Source: Felis catus
Lineage: Eukaryota
DNA: 64,000 nt
Direction: 5' to 3'
Assembly: GCF_018350175.1 (NCBI RefSeq)
Contig: NC_058383.1
Span: 5,396,001 to 5,460,000 of the forward strand
Shown: positions 1 through 12,569 of the stretch, piece by piece
Position numbering within the stretch: the first letter of the stretch is position 1
How the letters are laid out: every line of letters begins with the position of its first letter
Program-made: the position numbers and the translations under genes
Notes under the pieces: generated by a model
The model's database searches: none
The model's input: the letters and a program-made list of their open reading frames with translations, nothing else
What the model was told of the DNA's origin: nothing

Positions 1-1044
1 CTTGTCTTCCTGGTCAGATGGGGGCGGTTGCTGTAAGGGAGGCTCTGACTCCGCTCCCCTGCCTGGGTCGGGGGCCGACCAGGCTCCAGGGCTGGCGCAG
101 CTCTTCATTTGAGAACATGAATCAGGCTGACCTGTACCCCACGGAGTTTCCCCGTCAGACCTCACCGTCGACTTGGTTCTGTAGGGGGGCAAAGACGCTG
201 TCTGGGGACGACCACTCGGGTGTTGTGGGTAGGGACTGTCTGCCAAGATCTCAGTGCTGTTTCAAGCCCCTCATCCTTCTATCACAATCAAATCCTCCCG
301 CCGTGCCCCCCTGCCGCCCTGATTCCCTAGCAATTCCATGGGGTGAGACTGGAGCAGGGGTCCCCAAGAAATGACCCACAGTGTTGGGGGAGTTGGATGC
401 CTACCCTGGACTCTCTTTTCCCACTGGAGGAAGCGCAGACTCAGGGGAGGCCTCTCAGTTTGACGCTGTGCCAGCCTCCAGGGCGGGGGCTGGGGGTGGA
501 GTGTGGTCGGCATGTAGCCATCCCTCTTACCCTTCCAGGGCTGTTTTGCTCTTTGTGGTGCAGGGGTGCTTCAGCTTCACCCCTGTATTTGAGGGTTCTC
601 TCGGCAGAGTCTTGTCCATGAATAGTTGGTGGTTCTTCTTTTGGAAGGGGAGTGAAGTCGGGGAATGACCTATGTCACCATCTGGGTGACGTCACTTCTC
701 TTGGAGTTGACTTTTATTTATTTTTAAATGTTTATTTATTTGAGAGCGAGTGAGCGGAGGAGGGGTGGAGAGAGAGGGAGACACAGAATCCGAAGCGTTC
801 CAGGCTCTGAGCTGTCAGCACAGAGCCCGATGGGGGCTCGAACTCGAGAACAGTGAGATCATGACCTGAGCCGCCCAGGCAGCCCTGGAGTGGCCTTTTA
901 AAAGCAGGATCTTACCAAGTTGCATCAGTCTGCCAGGACGGTGGTTCCTCCACGTGGGCCCTGCACGTCCACATCTCGAGCCTGATGCTGCTGACTACAT
1001 CCTTCTACGGTTGAGTTCTCTCGCGCGAGTCTAATGCACTTTTT

Positions 1045-2420
1045 CTTAAACTGAAGTATAATTACCACAGTATTAGCTTCAGGTGTACAATATGATTCAA
1101 TAATTGTATACATTACTCTGTGCTCATGAGGATGAGTGTACCCTTGAACCCACTTTTTAAACTTTCACCCATCTGCCCACTTGCCTTTCCGGCAACGACC
1201 AATCCTTTGTATTCGAGTTTGTCTCTTTTTTCCTTACTCATTTGTTTTGTTTCTTAAATTCCACATGTGAGTAAAATCAAATTGTATTTGTCTGACTTTG
1301 CTTAACAGTCTACCCTCAGTCACCCATGTTGTTGTAAATGGCAAGATCTCATTTTTTTTACAGCCAAGTAATATTCCACTGCATGTACAGATATGTATAA
1401 ATATGTGTATATACATACATACTTGTGTATAAACATTTATACGAACACAGCTTTATGCATTCACCTACGGATGGACATTTGGGTTGCTTTTCTACGTTGG
1501 CTATTGTAAATACTGCTGCGATAAACATAGTGCGTATGTTTTTTCAAAGTAGTGTTTTCATTTTCTTTGGATACATACCCAGTAGCGGAACTCCTGGATC
1601 ATATGGTAATTTCAATGTTTTGAGAGACCTCCATCCTATTCTCCAGAGTGGCTGCACCAGTTGGCATTCCCACCACCAGGGTACAAGGGCTCCTTTTCCT
1701 CCACATCCCTGCCAACACTTGTTTGTGTTTTTGACTTTAGCCATTCTGACAAGTGTAGGTGATATCTCCCTGTGGTTTGATTTCCATTTCGGATGATCAG
1801 TGATGTTCACCTTTTCTTTCTTTTTTTTTATTTAAAAATTGTTTAATGTTTATTTTTGAGAGAGAGAGACAGAGCATGAGTTGGGGAGGAGAGCAAGAGA
1901 GAGACAGAATCCAAAGCAGGGTCCAGGCTCTGAGCTGTCGGCACAGAGCCCGACGCGGGGCTCGAACCCACTAACTGAGATCGTGACCTGGGCCGAAGTC
2001 GGACACTTAACCGACTGACCCACCTAGGCTCCCCTCATCTTTTCATTTGTCTGTTGGCCATCTGTATAATGTCTTTGGAAAAATGTGTATGCAGGTCCTC
2101 TGCCTGTTTCTCAATAGGATTATTTGTTTCTGGTGTTGTTTATATATTTTGGATATTAGTCCCTTATCAGATATATCATTTCCAAACATCTCCCATTTTG
2201 TAGATTGCTTTTTTGTCTTGGTGGTGGTTTCCTTCACAGTGCAAAGGCTTTTTATTTTGGCATAGTCTCAATAGCCTATTTTTGCTTCTGTTTCTCTTGC
2301 CTGAGGAGACACATCTAGAAAAATGCTGCTAGAGCTGATGTCAGAGAAAATACTGCACATGTTTTCTTCTAGGAGTTTTCTGGTTAAGTCTTTAATCCAT
2401 TTTATTTTTGGGTATAGTGT
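1045..2420 (-). mobile_element. Older carnivore-type L1 3' fragment (ORF2 end + 3'UTR), interrupted by a SINE at about 1820-2033
   Basis: Degenerate ORF2 C-terminal peptides (CWQGCGGKG..WWECQLVQPLW in ORF 1544..1810) and an L1 3'UTR. Confidence 0.85.
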
Positions 2421-2489
2421 GAGATGGTTTTTAAAGATGCTCAAGTTAAAAACAATGAAACTCTGAGTTGGTGCCTCATATTCCTTATA

Positions 2490-4015
2490 TATTTTTTACA
2501 TTAAAAGAATTAAATCCAAGTTAACATAGTGTAATAATAATTTCAGGAATAGAATTTAGTGATTCATCAATTACATATACCACCCAGTGCTCAGCCCAAC
2601 AAGTGTCCTCCTTAATGCCCCTCACCCCTTTAGCCCTTTCCCCCACCCAACACCTCACCAGCAACGCTCAGTTTGTTTTCTGTATTTAATAAGAGTCTTT
2701 TATGGTTTGTCTCCCTGTTTTTATATTAATTTTGCTTCCCTTCCCTTATGTTCATCTGTTTTTTATCTTAAATTCCACACGAGTGAAGTCGTATGATACT
2801 TGTCTTTCTCTAATTTTGCTTAGCACAATACCCTCTAGTTCCATCCATGTGGTTGTAGATGGCAAGATGTCATTCTTTATGATCGCTGAGTAACATTCCA
2901 TCGTACATAGATACCAAATCTTCTTTATCCGTTCATTAGTCGATGGACATTTGGGTTCTTTCCATACTTTGGCTATTGTCAATAGCGCTGCTATAAACAT
3001 TGGGGTATATGTGCCTCTTTGAATCAGCATTTTCGTATCCTTTTGGGCAAATACCTGGTAGTGCAATTGCTGGGTCACAGGGTAGTTCTATTTTTAGTTT
3101 TTTGAGGAACATCCATACTGTTTTCCAGAGTGGCTGCACCAGTTTGCATTCCCACCAGCAGTGCAAAAGAGATCCTCTTTCTCCACATCCTCACCAACAT
3201 CTGTTGTTGCCTGAATCGTTAATTTTAGTCATTCTGACAGGTGTGGGGTGGTATTTTGTTTTGTTTTTTTTTTAATGTTTATTTATTTTGAGAGAGAGAG
3301 AGAGACAGAGTGTGAGCAGGGGAGAGGCAGAGAGACAGAATCAGAAACAGGCTCCAGGCTCTGAGCTGTCAGCACAGAGCTGGATGCCAGGCTTGAACTC
3401 ACGGACCCTGATATCATAACCTGAGCTGAAGATGGATGCTTAACCGACTGAGACACCCAGGCATCCCTCTCATTGTGGTTTTGATTTGTATTTCCCTGAT
3501 GATGAGTGATGTTGAGCATCTTTTCATGTGTCTGTTTGCCATCTGGATGTCCTCTTTGGAAAAGTGTCTGTTCATGTCTTTTGCCCATTTCTTCACTGGA
3601 TTTTTTTTGGGGGGTGGGGGTGTTGAGTTTGATATACTCTATAGATTTTGGATACTAACCCTTTATCTGATATGTCATTTGCAAATATCTTCTTCCATTT
3701 TGTTGGTTGCCTTTTACTTTTGCTGAGTGTTTCCTCTGCTGTGCAGAAGGTTTTTATCTTGATGAGGTCCCAACGGATCATTTTTGCTTTTGTTTCCCTT
3801 GCCTCTGGAGACCCATCAAGTAAGAAGTTGCTGCATTTGAGGTTAAAGAGGTTGTTGCCCATTTTTATTTTGATGGCTTCCTGTCTTATGTTTAGGTCTT
3901 TTGTCCTTTTGATTTTTAGGTATGGTGCTGTCCAATTTTCCCAACCATTTGCTTGAAGAGAGTGGTCTTTTTTCCACTGGATATTCTTCCCTGCTTTGTC
4001 AAAGATTAGTTGGCC
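2490..4015 (-). mobile_element. L1 3' fragment (ORF2 end + 3'UTR), interrupted by a SINE at about 3255-3466
   Basis: ORFs 2936..3166, 2752..3078, 3414..3596 and 3593..3862 translate to frameshifted L1 ORF2 C-terminal pieces. Confidence 0.9.
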
Positions 4016-6627
4016 ATTCCTCCTAATGTTCTCTCTTTTCCTGGTAAAATACTTCTAGCATTCTATCTGCTGCCTCCTCTTCTCCAACTCCCAAGTGATT
4101 ACTCGGCCCTGTTCACAGTGGCTTCCAACTTAACCCCTCTCCTTTTGCTGGGGTAGTCCAATGCTACTGTACTCTTCCTATTAAAGAAGGGCCAAGTGTG
4201 TGTAGTTAAAAAAAAAAAAAAAGTAAAGTATCATACAACCCCTTCAACATTAAAAGCAAAATCAAAGTGGGGCGCCTCAGTTGGTTGAGCATCTGGATTT
4301 TGGCTCAGGTCATGAACCCAGGGTTGTGGATTGAGCCCAATGTTGGGTTCTGTGCTGAGCATGGAGCCTGCTTACGATTCTCTTTCTAACATGAAAAAGA
4401 AGCAAAACCACAATGACAACAAAAAGCCCAACTAAATGTGAGGTCCCCTATTCAAAATAATTCTCAGAGAAAAATGAAATTACATTTCTGAAAATAATTA
4501 GAAAATTGAAATAATGTAAACATTCCCTAAGAGACATGGTCAAACTATAACCCAAGAAAATGTATAGTATTAATATGTTTTCTCTATTAAGAAAACCTAA
4601 ACATTCAGCCCAAAAGGGTAGAAGGGAGGAGTAATAAGATACAGGAGAGCATCAGGGGGCGCCTGGGTGGCTCAGTTGATTGAGTGTCCAACTTCCGCTC
4701 AGGTCACCATCTCGAATTTCTTGGGTTCGAGCCCCATATTGGGCTGCGTGCTGATGGCTCAGAGCCTGGAGCCTGTTTTGGATTCTGTGTCTCCTCTCTC
4801 TGCTCCTCCCCCACTCATGCTCTGTCTCTTTCCTTCAAAAATAAATAAAAATATTAAAATTTTTTTAATTTGAAAATTTTGAATTATTTTCTAGGTTATT
4901 AATAACAAAAATAGACTCAGGATAATACAGAAAACCTGAATGATCATGGGGAAAAAAACTGTCCAAAAATTACTCTCCTAAATTGAATTTTATGATCAAA
5001 AAATTTAAGAAAGTACCAATATAAGAATTATTCTTATATTCTTATTTTTAAAACTCCAAAGCATAAAAAACCCTTTCAATTCATTTAACAAAATCTGTAT
5101 AACCCAAGACCTGAAAATCTAGTTAAACAAATGAAAGTAAGAGATTCCTGTTTATCCCTTGGGAAAGAGTTGGGGGAGGTGCGCATGAAAACCAGCGGAG
5201 CGGGAAGGTCAGGGACTTGGTTATAATCTCTGAATTCCCAGAGCCTAAATGGTGCCATGTTGATGAAACCTAGACATTACTAATTCAAAAGTTCCTTTTA
5301 ATCCACAGGCTCTTTCTTCTGCGTGATCCGCTCTGTGGGTGATGCTCTACTGTGCTTCCATTTCATGCAGCCCCACGATTTGTTTGGTGGTGATTTTCCA
5401 CGTCCTTTTCATAAACTGCTTTTGTTCGTATGCTGTTTTCCCGATTTCACTGCACCGTCTTTCCGTGTGAGCTTGTAGCTCCCGGAGCGTCCTTCCAATG
5501 GCTATTGTAAACGTTCAGGTCAGTCTGGGGCTGGTTACTGGAAGACCGTGATCCCGTGATGGTGTCACGTTTCCTAGATAGTTCGTGTTCCTTGAAGCCT
5601 TGTGTTTCTGTCTTTGCATCTCAGGAATCAGTCATCCCCTAGTGTCTACTAAGAGTATTTTCCATCAGCCTTGCTGGGGGTTGAGGCTTTGTCAGACCAC
5701 CTAAGGACACACCTGCTCCACCTTCCTAGGTCGCTCTTGTGGCAGAATTCGTAAGGCCTCCTGTGTTCTCGTGATCCTGCAATGTACCAGGCCGAGTGCT
5801 GGCAGCCTCCCTTTTGCTTTTCCAAAGCCGGTGCTAACACGCAGGTTTGGGGTCTTTCCCTGGCCCACGTTCTGTGAGTGCTCCCCAGCTCACTGTCACT
5901 ACTGGTATGTGGGTGGCGTGTGTGGAGTGTGGGAGGTGGCGCCAATGACCTTGCTTTCTTCGCGCATTTGTTCTTGGATGTTCCACACGAACGGCAGCAT
6001 CTGGCTTCTTTCACGTACAGTTATTTTGGGATTCATTCACGTTGTAACGTTTATTTTGTTCCTTTGTATAGCTGAGTAGCGTCTCATTGTCTGAATAAAC
6101 CACATTTTATCTGTTCATCAGTTGACGGACAGTTGGGCTAACGTGAAGAGTGAAAAGGACAGGCTCGGAGGACATATTTTCACTTTTCTTGGATAGCTAG
6201 CTAGCAGTGGAATTGTGTCATATGCTAAGTATATACTTAACGTTTAAAATAAATTGGGACGCCTGGGTGGCTCTGTCGGTTGCACGTCCAACTCTTGATT
6301 TCTGCTCAGGTCATAATGTCACTGTTGTGGGATAGAGCCCTGCCTCAGGCTCTGTGCTGGCGGCTTGGGACTCCCTCTTGCTCTATCCCTCCCCTGCTTG
6401 CTGTCTCTTAAAATAAATACACATTTAAAATAAATAGCCAGGCTGTTTTCCTAAATTGGCTGTGCCATTCTCTATGCCACCAGTGATCTAGGAGGACCTT
6501 TCTCTATGTCCCCTCCAACACTTAGTGGTGTCTTTAAATTTTTTCATTGAATTGTGTCACTGAGGCCAAAGATAGGAGCTATTTTTGTCACCTGGATACA
6601 AGTCACTGTTTCATCTGGTAGGTTTTG

Positions 6628-6660
6628 CACTTGATCTTAGCCAAAAGGCCGAGAAGCAAT
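6628..6660 (-). pseudogene. 3'-truncated (tailless) U2 snRNA retropseudogene, U2 nt 1-33
   Basis: Minus strand reads ATTGCTTCTCGGCCTTTTGGCTAAGATCAAGTG, 32/33 to the U2 5' end. Flanked by the 18-bp direct repeat CATCTGGTAGGTTTTGCA (6612-6629, 6661-6678). Confidence 0.92.
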
Positions 6661-7843
6661 CATCTGGTAGGTTTTGCAGGTATTTTCTCCCAGTGGGTGG
6701 CCTCTTATTCCGTAATTATTTGCCTGTGGAAAAGCCACAGCCTATCACTGAGCGCTTACTTGTCCCAACGCATCTGTGAGGAGGGTACCCCACGGTTCCG
6801 TTATTGCAGATGAGGGAGCTTGGGCACAACTAGTAAGGGGCAGAGCCGAGCCTGACTCTGACTGGTCTGGTCTCGTCCGCGCTCTGAACTGCTGTGCTCT
6901 GCTGCTGAAGCCAGAGGCCGTGCAAGCCCCTTGACGTGGTGCCCAGAGTCTGGACCCGGCTCAACAATCACAGTGAGTTGCTCTTCATCAGTTACCTCCA
7001 TGCCCAGCACTCCCCCACGCCTTGGCATGCCGCGGGTTACGCGGATGTTCGAGAACCTAGGAACTCACTTGGGAAGCACAGATGAAGGCTTCCCTTGGTC
7101 TTTGTAAGACCTGGCTGTGGTATAAAGTCTCTTCCTGTCAGCGTCCCACTCTGCACCCTCCACGTGGCTCTTGGGACGGGAGGGTGAATTGCTGACAGGC
7201 CCTACCTTTCCGCCATACCTGTCCCCACCTGCCTCACCCCTGCCCGCCCTCACACAGCACAGAAACCCAAGCTATAGACACAGTCTAAAAATACTTGCTG
7301 TCTTGAGAGATCCCGGAGTTTCCTGATATTGGAAAACTACCCAAAGCCTGATCTTTCCAGAATCAACTGTGAAACACATTCCAAAGTAGACATCTGTTGG
7401 CCCCACTGGATGGGAAGCAACTCCTATGAAGTCAGTCATTTTACCCACGTTCTTATTCAATTCGGAGTTAAAAATCCTTTATTTTCTCAGTGAAAAGTGC
7501 CTTTAAAGACAATGGATGCAAAAACAGAGGGTTTTTTTTTTTCCCCTGTGAAACATGGAAAATGCAAATTTTCCATAGTTTTAATTAAAAAAAAATTTTT
7601 TTTCCATAGTTTTAATTTTAGAAAACCAAAATACACCATTTACAGAAAAATACCAGGAGACTCAAAATGTCGATGATCAAAGCTCTGGTCTACTGCCCCT
7701 TGCCTTGTTTCAGGTTGTCAGTAAAAATTTTATGGTTCCCTCCCAAGGTTGTGGGGAGCACAGCATCACCCCATCGTCCGGGCCATGAGGACACTTAGCC
7801 CTTGTAGGAAGTGGAAGACCTGGAATTGTATTCGTGCTGATTT

Positions 7844-8057
7844 TTTCTATTTTTGTTTTTTGAGTTTTTTTGTTTTTGTTTTTTGTTTTTTTGAGAAAGT
7901 GAGCACGAGTTGGGAAGGGCAGAGGGAGAGAGAGAGTCCCAAGCGGACTCCGCTCAGTGCAGAGCCTGACTCGGAGCTCGATCCCACAACCGTGAGACCA
8001 TAACCTGAGCGCAAACCAAGAGTGGGCCGCTTAACCGCCTGAGCCACCCAGGTGCCC
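7844..8057 (-). mobile_element. SINEC just upstream of an RSPH10B acceptor
   Basis: TSD TTCGTGCTGATTT at 7831-7843 and 8058-8070. Confidence 0.9.
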
Positions 8058-8089
8058 TTCGTGCTGATTTCAGTTAAACTTTCTTCCAG

Positions 8090-8288
8090 AGAGAAGAGAG
8101 AAATCTAAGGACGAACAAAAGGAAAAACTCACCGTCTGGATCACGAGTATGTATATCTTTTTTGTGAACATGCTTTTCCAAGCACACAAACGTGTAGAAG
8201 CCCTCAAGGAGAAAGTCAGCAAAGAGCGGCTACAGGACGCGGCCACGGCCCATCGGCGGAGGCTGGAAAACGAAGAGCTGGAAGCCAG
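8090..8288 (+). CDS. RSPH10B: Radial spoke head 10 homolog B, penultimate coding exon (199 nt)
   Basis: Acceptor ttcttccAG at 8088-8089 and donor AG|GTGACC at 8289. Open frame ..REKSKDEQKEKLTVWITSMYIFFVNMLFQAHKRVEALKEKVSKERLQDAATAHRRRLENEELEAR resembles the recalled RSPH10B C-terminal region. Phase matches the next exon. Synteny with CCZ1. Confidence 0.85.
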
Positions 8289-8574
8289 GTGACCTGCCAG
8301 AGCCCTTCAGCCCCCCTCCTGCAGGAGCCTCCCTTGCCTTGCCTTCCCTTCCCGTCTTTACACGTGTGTGGCTTCCTGAGGGAGGCAGCTCTTCCCCTGG
8401 CACCGAGAACATGGGACGGCAGGGAAGGGTCCTGCTTGCGGCCATTGGCTCACTTGGGGGGTGAGGATGCCTGGGCCCCAAGGCTCCCACGGAGCCCAGA
8501 GGCCCACGGGGCTAGGCTGCCGGGTTCAGATCCCAACCCTACCCCTTGACACGTAGGTGGCCCCGGGCAGGGCC

Positions 8575-8700
8575 CGTCACCATGCCTCAGTTTCCCCATC
8601 TGTAAGTGGACACGAACCCCCATAGGGCTGTGGTGAGGATTTAGTGAGCCGATGCTGTAAGGTGTCAAGAACAGTGCCTGGCACGTGGTGAGCAACCCCT
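8575..8700 (+). mobile_element. MIR SINE fragment (others at about 31400-31500, 47150-47250, 47960-48170, 59270-59340)
   Basis: MIR core gcctcagtttccccatctgtaa...gtggtgaggattta...aacagtgcctggcac. Confidence 0.75.
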
Positions 8701-9089
8701 ACCTGTTGTTTGGCTACCTTTCTAGAACCACGGTCGAGAACCGTACAGTCATGTCTGTCCAGGGTGCTGAAGCCTGCTCTTTGCAAAGCATGCCTTGAGC
8801 CTGTTGGTAAAGAAAGCATTAAACTATACTTCAGGGCAAAGACCCCGAGATTTTTAAAGGCCACTTACTAGCGGCTAAGTTGCTACAGAGGAAAGGGGTT
8901 CAGAAGTCTGTTCGGCTATGTGAAAATGTCATTCCGGACTATCTGGGTATGGCATCACTTTGTATTTCAGGCAAAGTGATGAGCGTTTACAGTTTTGCTT
9001 GCAAAAACTGTTGAAATCTAGGTGTGGCCTACTATACACCAAATATAGCATAAAACAGGTTTTGAGATTGCAAAATAAAAAGTAAATAA

Positions 9090-9296
<207 letters not shown>

Positions 9297-9372
9297 CAGT
9301 TACTGGGTTTGTAAACGAACCCCAAGAACGAGATGTAAAAGCTTAGAACCAAAGCTCTGTAACACGTTTCCT

Positions 9373-9378
9373 AATAAA
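9373..9378 (+). terminator. Polyadenylation signal of RSPH10B
   Basis: AATAAA about 77 nt after the stop codon, followed by a GT/T-rich tract (ttgttttagtgtttttg). Confidence 0.75.
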
Positions 9379-11895
9379 ATTGTATTGTACCTTGTTTTAG
9401 TGTTTTTGAAATAACTGCCTGGGCCCACTGCAATTCAGGTTTCTTACACAGTTAAATCACGGACATGCCTGAAAACAGAGCTGAATGAAAATACACACAT
9501 GGGTATTAAATGAGCATGCGTTCAATGTATTTTTTTTTAAGCCAAGTACGGTATCGGTGATGAAATTTAGAATCTGATAAAACTTATCGGAAGACAGGTG
9601 GTAGTGTACAAATTTAAACATTTCTTCAGGCCCCCTGCCAAGCCCAGACCCCCCCCCCTTTGCCCCTGTAAGTGACCCACGTGCAAGTCCTACCTGTCCT
9701 CATGTGCGGCCTCTTCTCCGGCCCCGTGCCTTCCCCAGCACTGCAGACACCGCAGGGACGAAACACCAAGGCAGAAAAGCTGACGAACAGGTGTGCTCAG
9801 CACTAAGTGAAACTTTACGTCTCAGACACTATTATACTAATGATCTGTGTTAAATATAAGAGTGACCACCCGAAGCATAAAAATACACTCTACGGCTTCC
9901 AAACTAGCAGAGGGAAGGAAACAATCGTTCAACATGAAGCTGGGGAAATGGGAAAACAACAAAGAGGCTGGGAACCGAAATCGCCAGAGATGGTGGGACA
10001 GTGCCAATATACCTCCCCAGTGTGAGCAGGTTCCCTTCCCAATCCCCAAGCCCCCATATCATTAGCTGGGTTCAAAATAGAAACTCATTTCGGGGCACTT
10101 GGGTGGCTCAGTTGATTAAGCATTCGACTTCGGCTCAGGTCATGATCCCACAGCTCATGAGTTCAAGCCCCACATCAGGCCTGCTTCGGATTCTGTCTCT
10201 CTCTGCCCCTCCCCTGCTCACGCTCTCTTATAAATAAACATTTAAACAAAAAAAAAACAAAATAGAAACTCATTTCAATGTTATTCTTTATAAGAAAACC
10301 CTCTTGGAGCACCTGGGTCCTTGGTTAAGCATCCCAACTCCATCTTGGCTCACGGTTCATGGGTTCGAGCTGTGCATCGGGCTCCATGTTGACGGTGCGG
10401 AGCCTGCTTGGGATTCTGTCTCTCCCTCTCTGCCCCTCCCCTGTTCTCTCTCAAAATGAACAAATAAACAACAAAGGATAAAAATACAGATGGAAAAAGA
10501 TGGACCAGGAAAATCTAATCAAAATGACTGGAATCGTGAGCAATATTAAGAACAGAATTTAAAGGAAACATCTGAATAGGGATAAAACTAGAAATAACGA
10601 TAAAAGGACCAACAACAAAAAGATGCATGATTCCTCAGCATCTTACATACTAGCCTTGCAAAAGCTAAAGGATTACAGAGAAGAAACAGATCAAAAAGAC
10701 AGTTATTTAGGGGGGATGTAGATATTTTTAGCAAGCAAACTAAAAAGTTTGAACATACAAGAATGCAACAGAGGATAAACACGGACTATGTTTTATGGTC
10801 AAAAGTACAACTTCGAAGGATGTATTTCCAGATGATGATGTAATTATTGTGCAATTACTAAGTCAGCAACGAACACTCAACACAGGAAGCCTGTCGCTGG
10901 AAACTAATAAAACACAACCTCAAGTAGCTCATGGGATAAGAGTGACTTGTGATTTCATGACCGAAACCATACATTACGTAAGACACGAGAGCGACAAGAG
11001 TACTCCAGGTGGACGAGAAGTCATCCGTCCTCCGCCCTGACAGCAGGCTCATGCCGGCTGCCTGAGGGCCAACAGTGAGGAGCCCCACCTGGAGCTGGGG
11101 TGGTACCAGTTTTCCCAGACCGTGCCTGGCTAGCTTCCGCCCAAACTGGGATGTCGAGACTACCAACAGTAAGTTAACTTAGGTAAAATCCAGGGGTGCC
11201 TGGTGGTTTAGTCAGTTAAGTGTCCGACTTTGGTTCAGGTCATGACCTCACGGTTCATGAGTTCAAGCCCTGCATCAGGCTCTCTGCCTGACAGCTCAGA
11301 GCCTGGAGCGAGTATTTTAAAAATTAATTAAAACACCCTTGGCTCAGAGCTTGGCATAGTGCAGGGCAAGAAATAGGATCTCTGGGGGCGCCTGGCTGGC
11401 TCAGTTGGTTAAGCTTCCGACTTCAGCTCAGTCATGATCTCACAGTTCATGAGTTCTAGCCCCGCGTCGGGCTCTGTGCTGACAGCTTGGAGCCTGGAGC
11501 CTGCTTCGGATTCTGTGTCTTTCCTCTCTCTCTGCCCCTCCCCGGCTGGTGCTCTGTCGCTAAGATAAACAAACATTAAAAAAAATTTTTTTTAAATTAA
11601 ATCCAGCCAGAATACATCTCAGCTGTGAAGACACAGGCAGTTGTGACCCCTCAGGGTTCTACAGGACACGTGCAGAACGCTTTATGTTTAGACCATGGCT
11701 GGGGCACTTTCGTAAAGTTCTATTATACGTGGTCTAAAAATCACATCAGTACTCAAGAGAAAAACCAAGGTCTAGCAATTACTTTGGGCAAATGCCTCAG
11801 AGTTTGCCCCTGCAGGTCTAGTGACCGTGCGGGGGGGTGGGGGGGAGAGGGGCGAATTCTGGGAGCTCTCGCAGCTCTAGAAAATCCCCAAGGAT

Positions 11896-12128
11896 TTGGG
11901 GCGCCTGGGTGGCGCAGTCGGTTAAGCGTCTGACTTCAGCCAGGTCACGATCTCGCGGCCCATGAGTTCAAGCCCCGCGTCAGGCTCTGGGCTGATGGCT
12001 CGGAGCCTGGAGCCTGTTTCCGATTCTGTGTCTCCCTCTCTCTCTGCCCCTCCCCCGTTCATGCTCTGTCTCTGTCCCAAAAATAAATAAAAAAAAACGT
12101 TGAAAAAAAAAATTAAAAAAAAAAAAAA
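11896..12128 (+). mobile_element. Young SINEC_Fc with a 17-bp TSD
   Basis: TSD AGAAAATCCCCAAGGAT at 11879-11895 and 12129-12145; long A tail; CpGs largely intact. Confidence 0.93.
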
Positions 12129-12236
12129 AGAAAATCCCCAAGGATGAGCCACAGCCAGCGCCCACTGGGCGGAGTGGTCTACAAACAAACAGGCGCGAGA
12201 CTCCAAGCAAAACCAGAATTTTAAAAACCTTAACAA

Positions 12237-12242
12237 TTTATT
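12237..12242 (-). terminator. Polyadenylation signal of CCZ1
   Basis: TTTATT on + (AATAAA on -), about 270 nt after the stop codon, followed by a T/GT-rich tract on -. Confidence 0.7.
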
Positions 12243-12513
12243 AGTCTTATTTCCCAGTAAAATATTCACATAATGTCAAAAGAATGGAATGATGGGAGAT
12301 GTAGCCGACTACCTTTAATTATTTCCACATAAATATGTAAAATCTAAAAACCCCAGGGGATCATCAGACTGAGTAGAAATTTGATTCTTCAAAGCAAGTA
12401 TTGCTTTACTATTGTCATTAATTCAGTCAATAATATGACCGAGAACCTGCAGTGGTAAACAGAATGCCTGCTGAGTTGTTTTTTTAAAAGATGTCCCGGG
12501 GAGCCGTTATCCG

Positions 12514-12569
12514 TCAATCCAGGAAGAATATGTTATTGAACTGCGTCGCACAAAGTTTCTTCACCTCTT
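12514..12569 (-). CDS. CCZ1: CCZ1 exon 15 (coding part)
   Basis: [21 protein letters not shown] at 12516-12514. Confidence 0.96.

Noticed and set aside
1..700. GC-rich segment ending in GTGACGTCAC (CRE palindrome), considered as a promoter or RSPH10B exon
   Set aside because: No supported exon; looks more like a decayed - strand L1 5' end, but I cannot assign it confidently.
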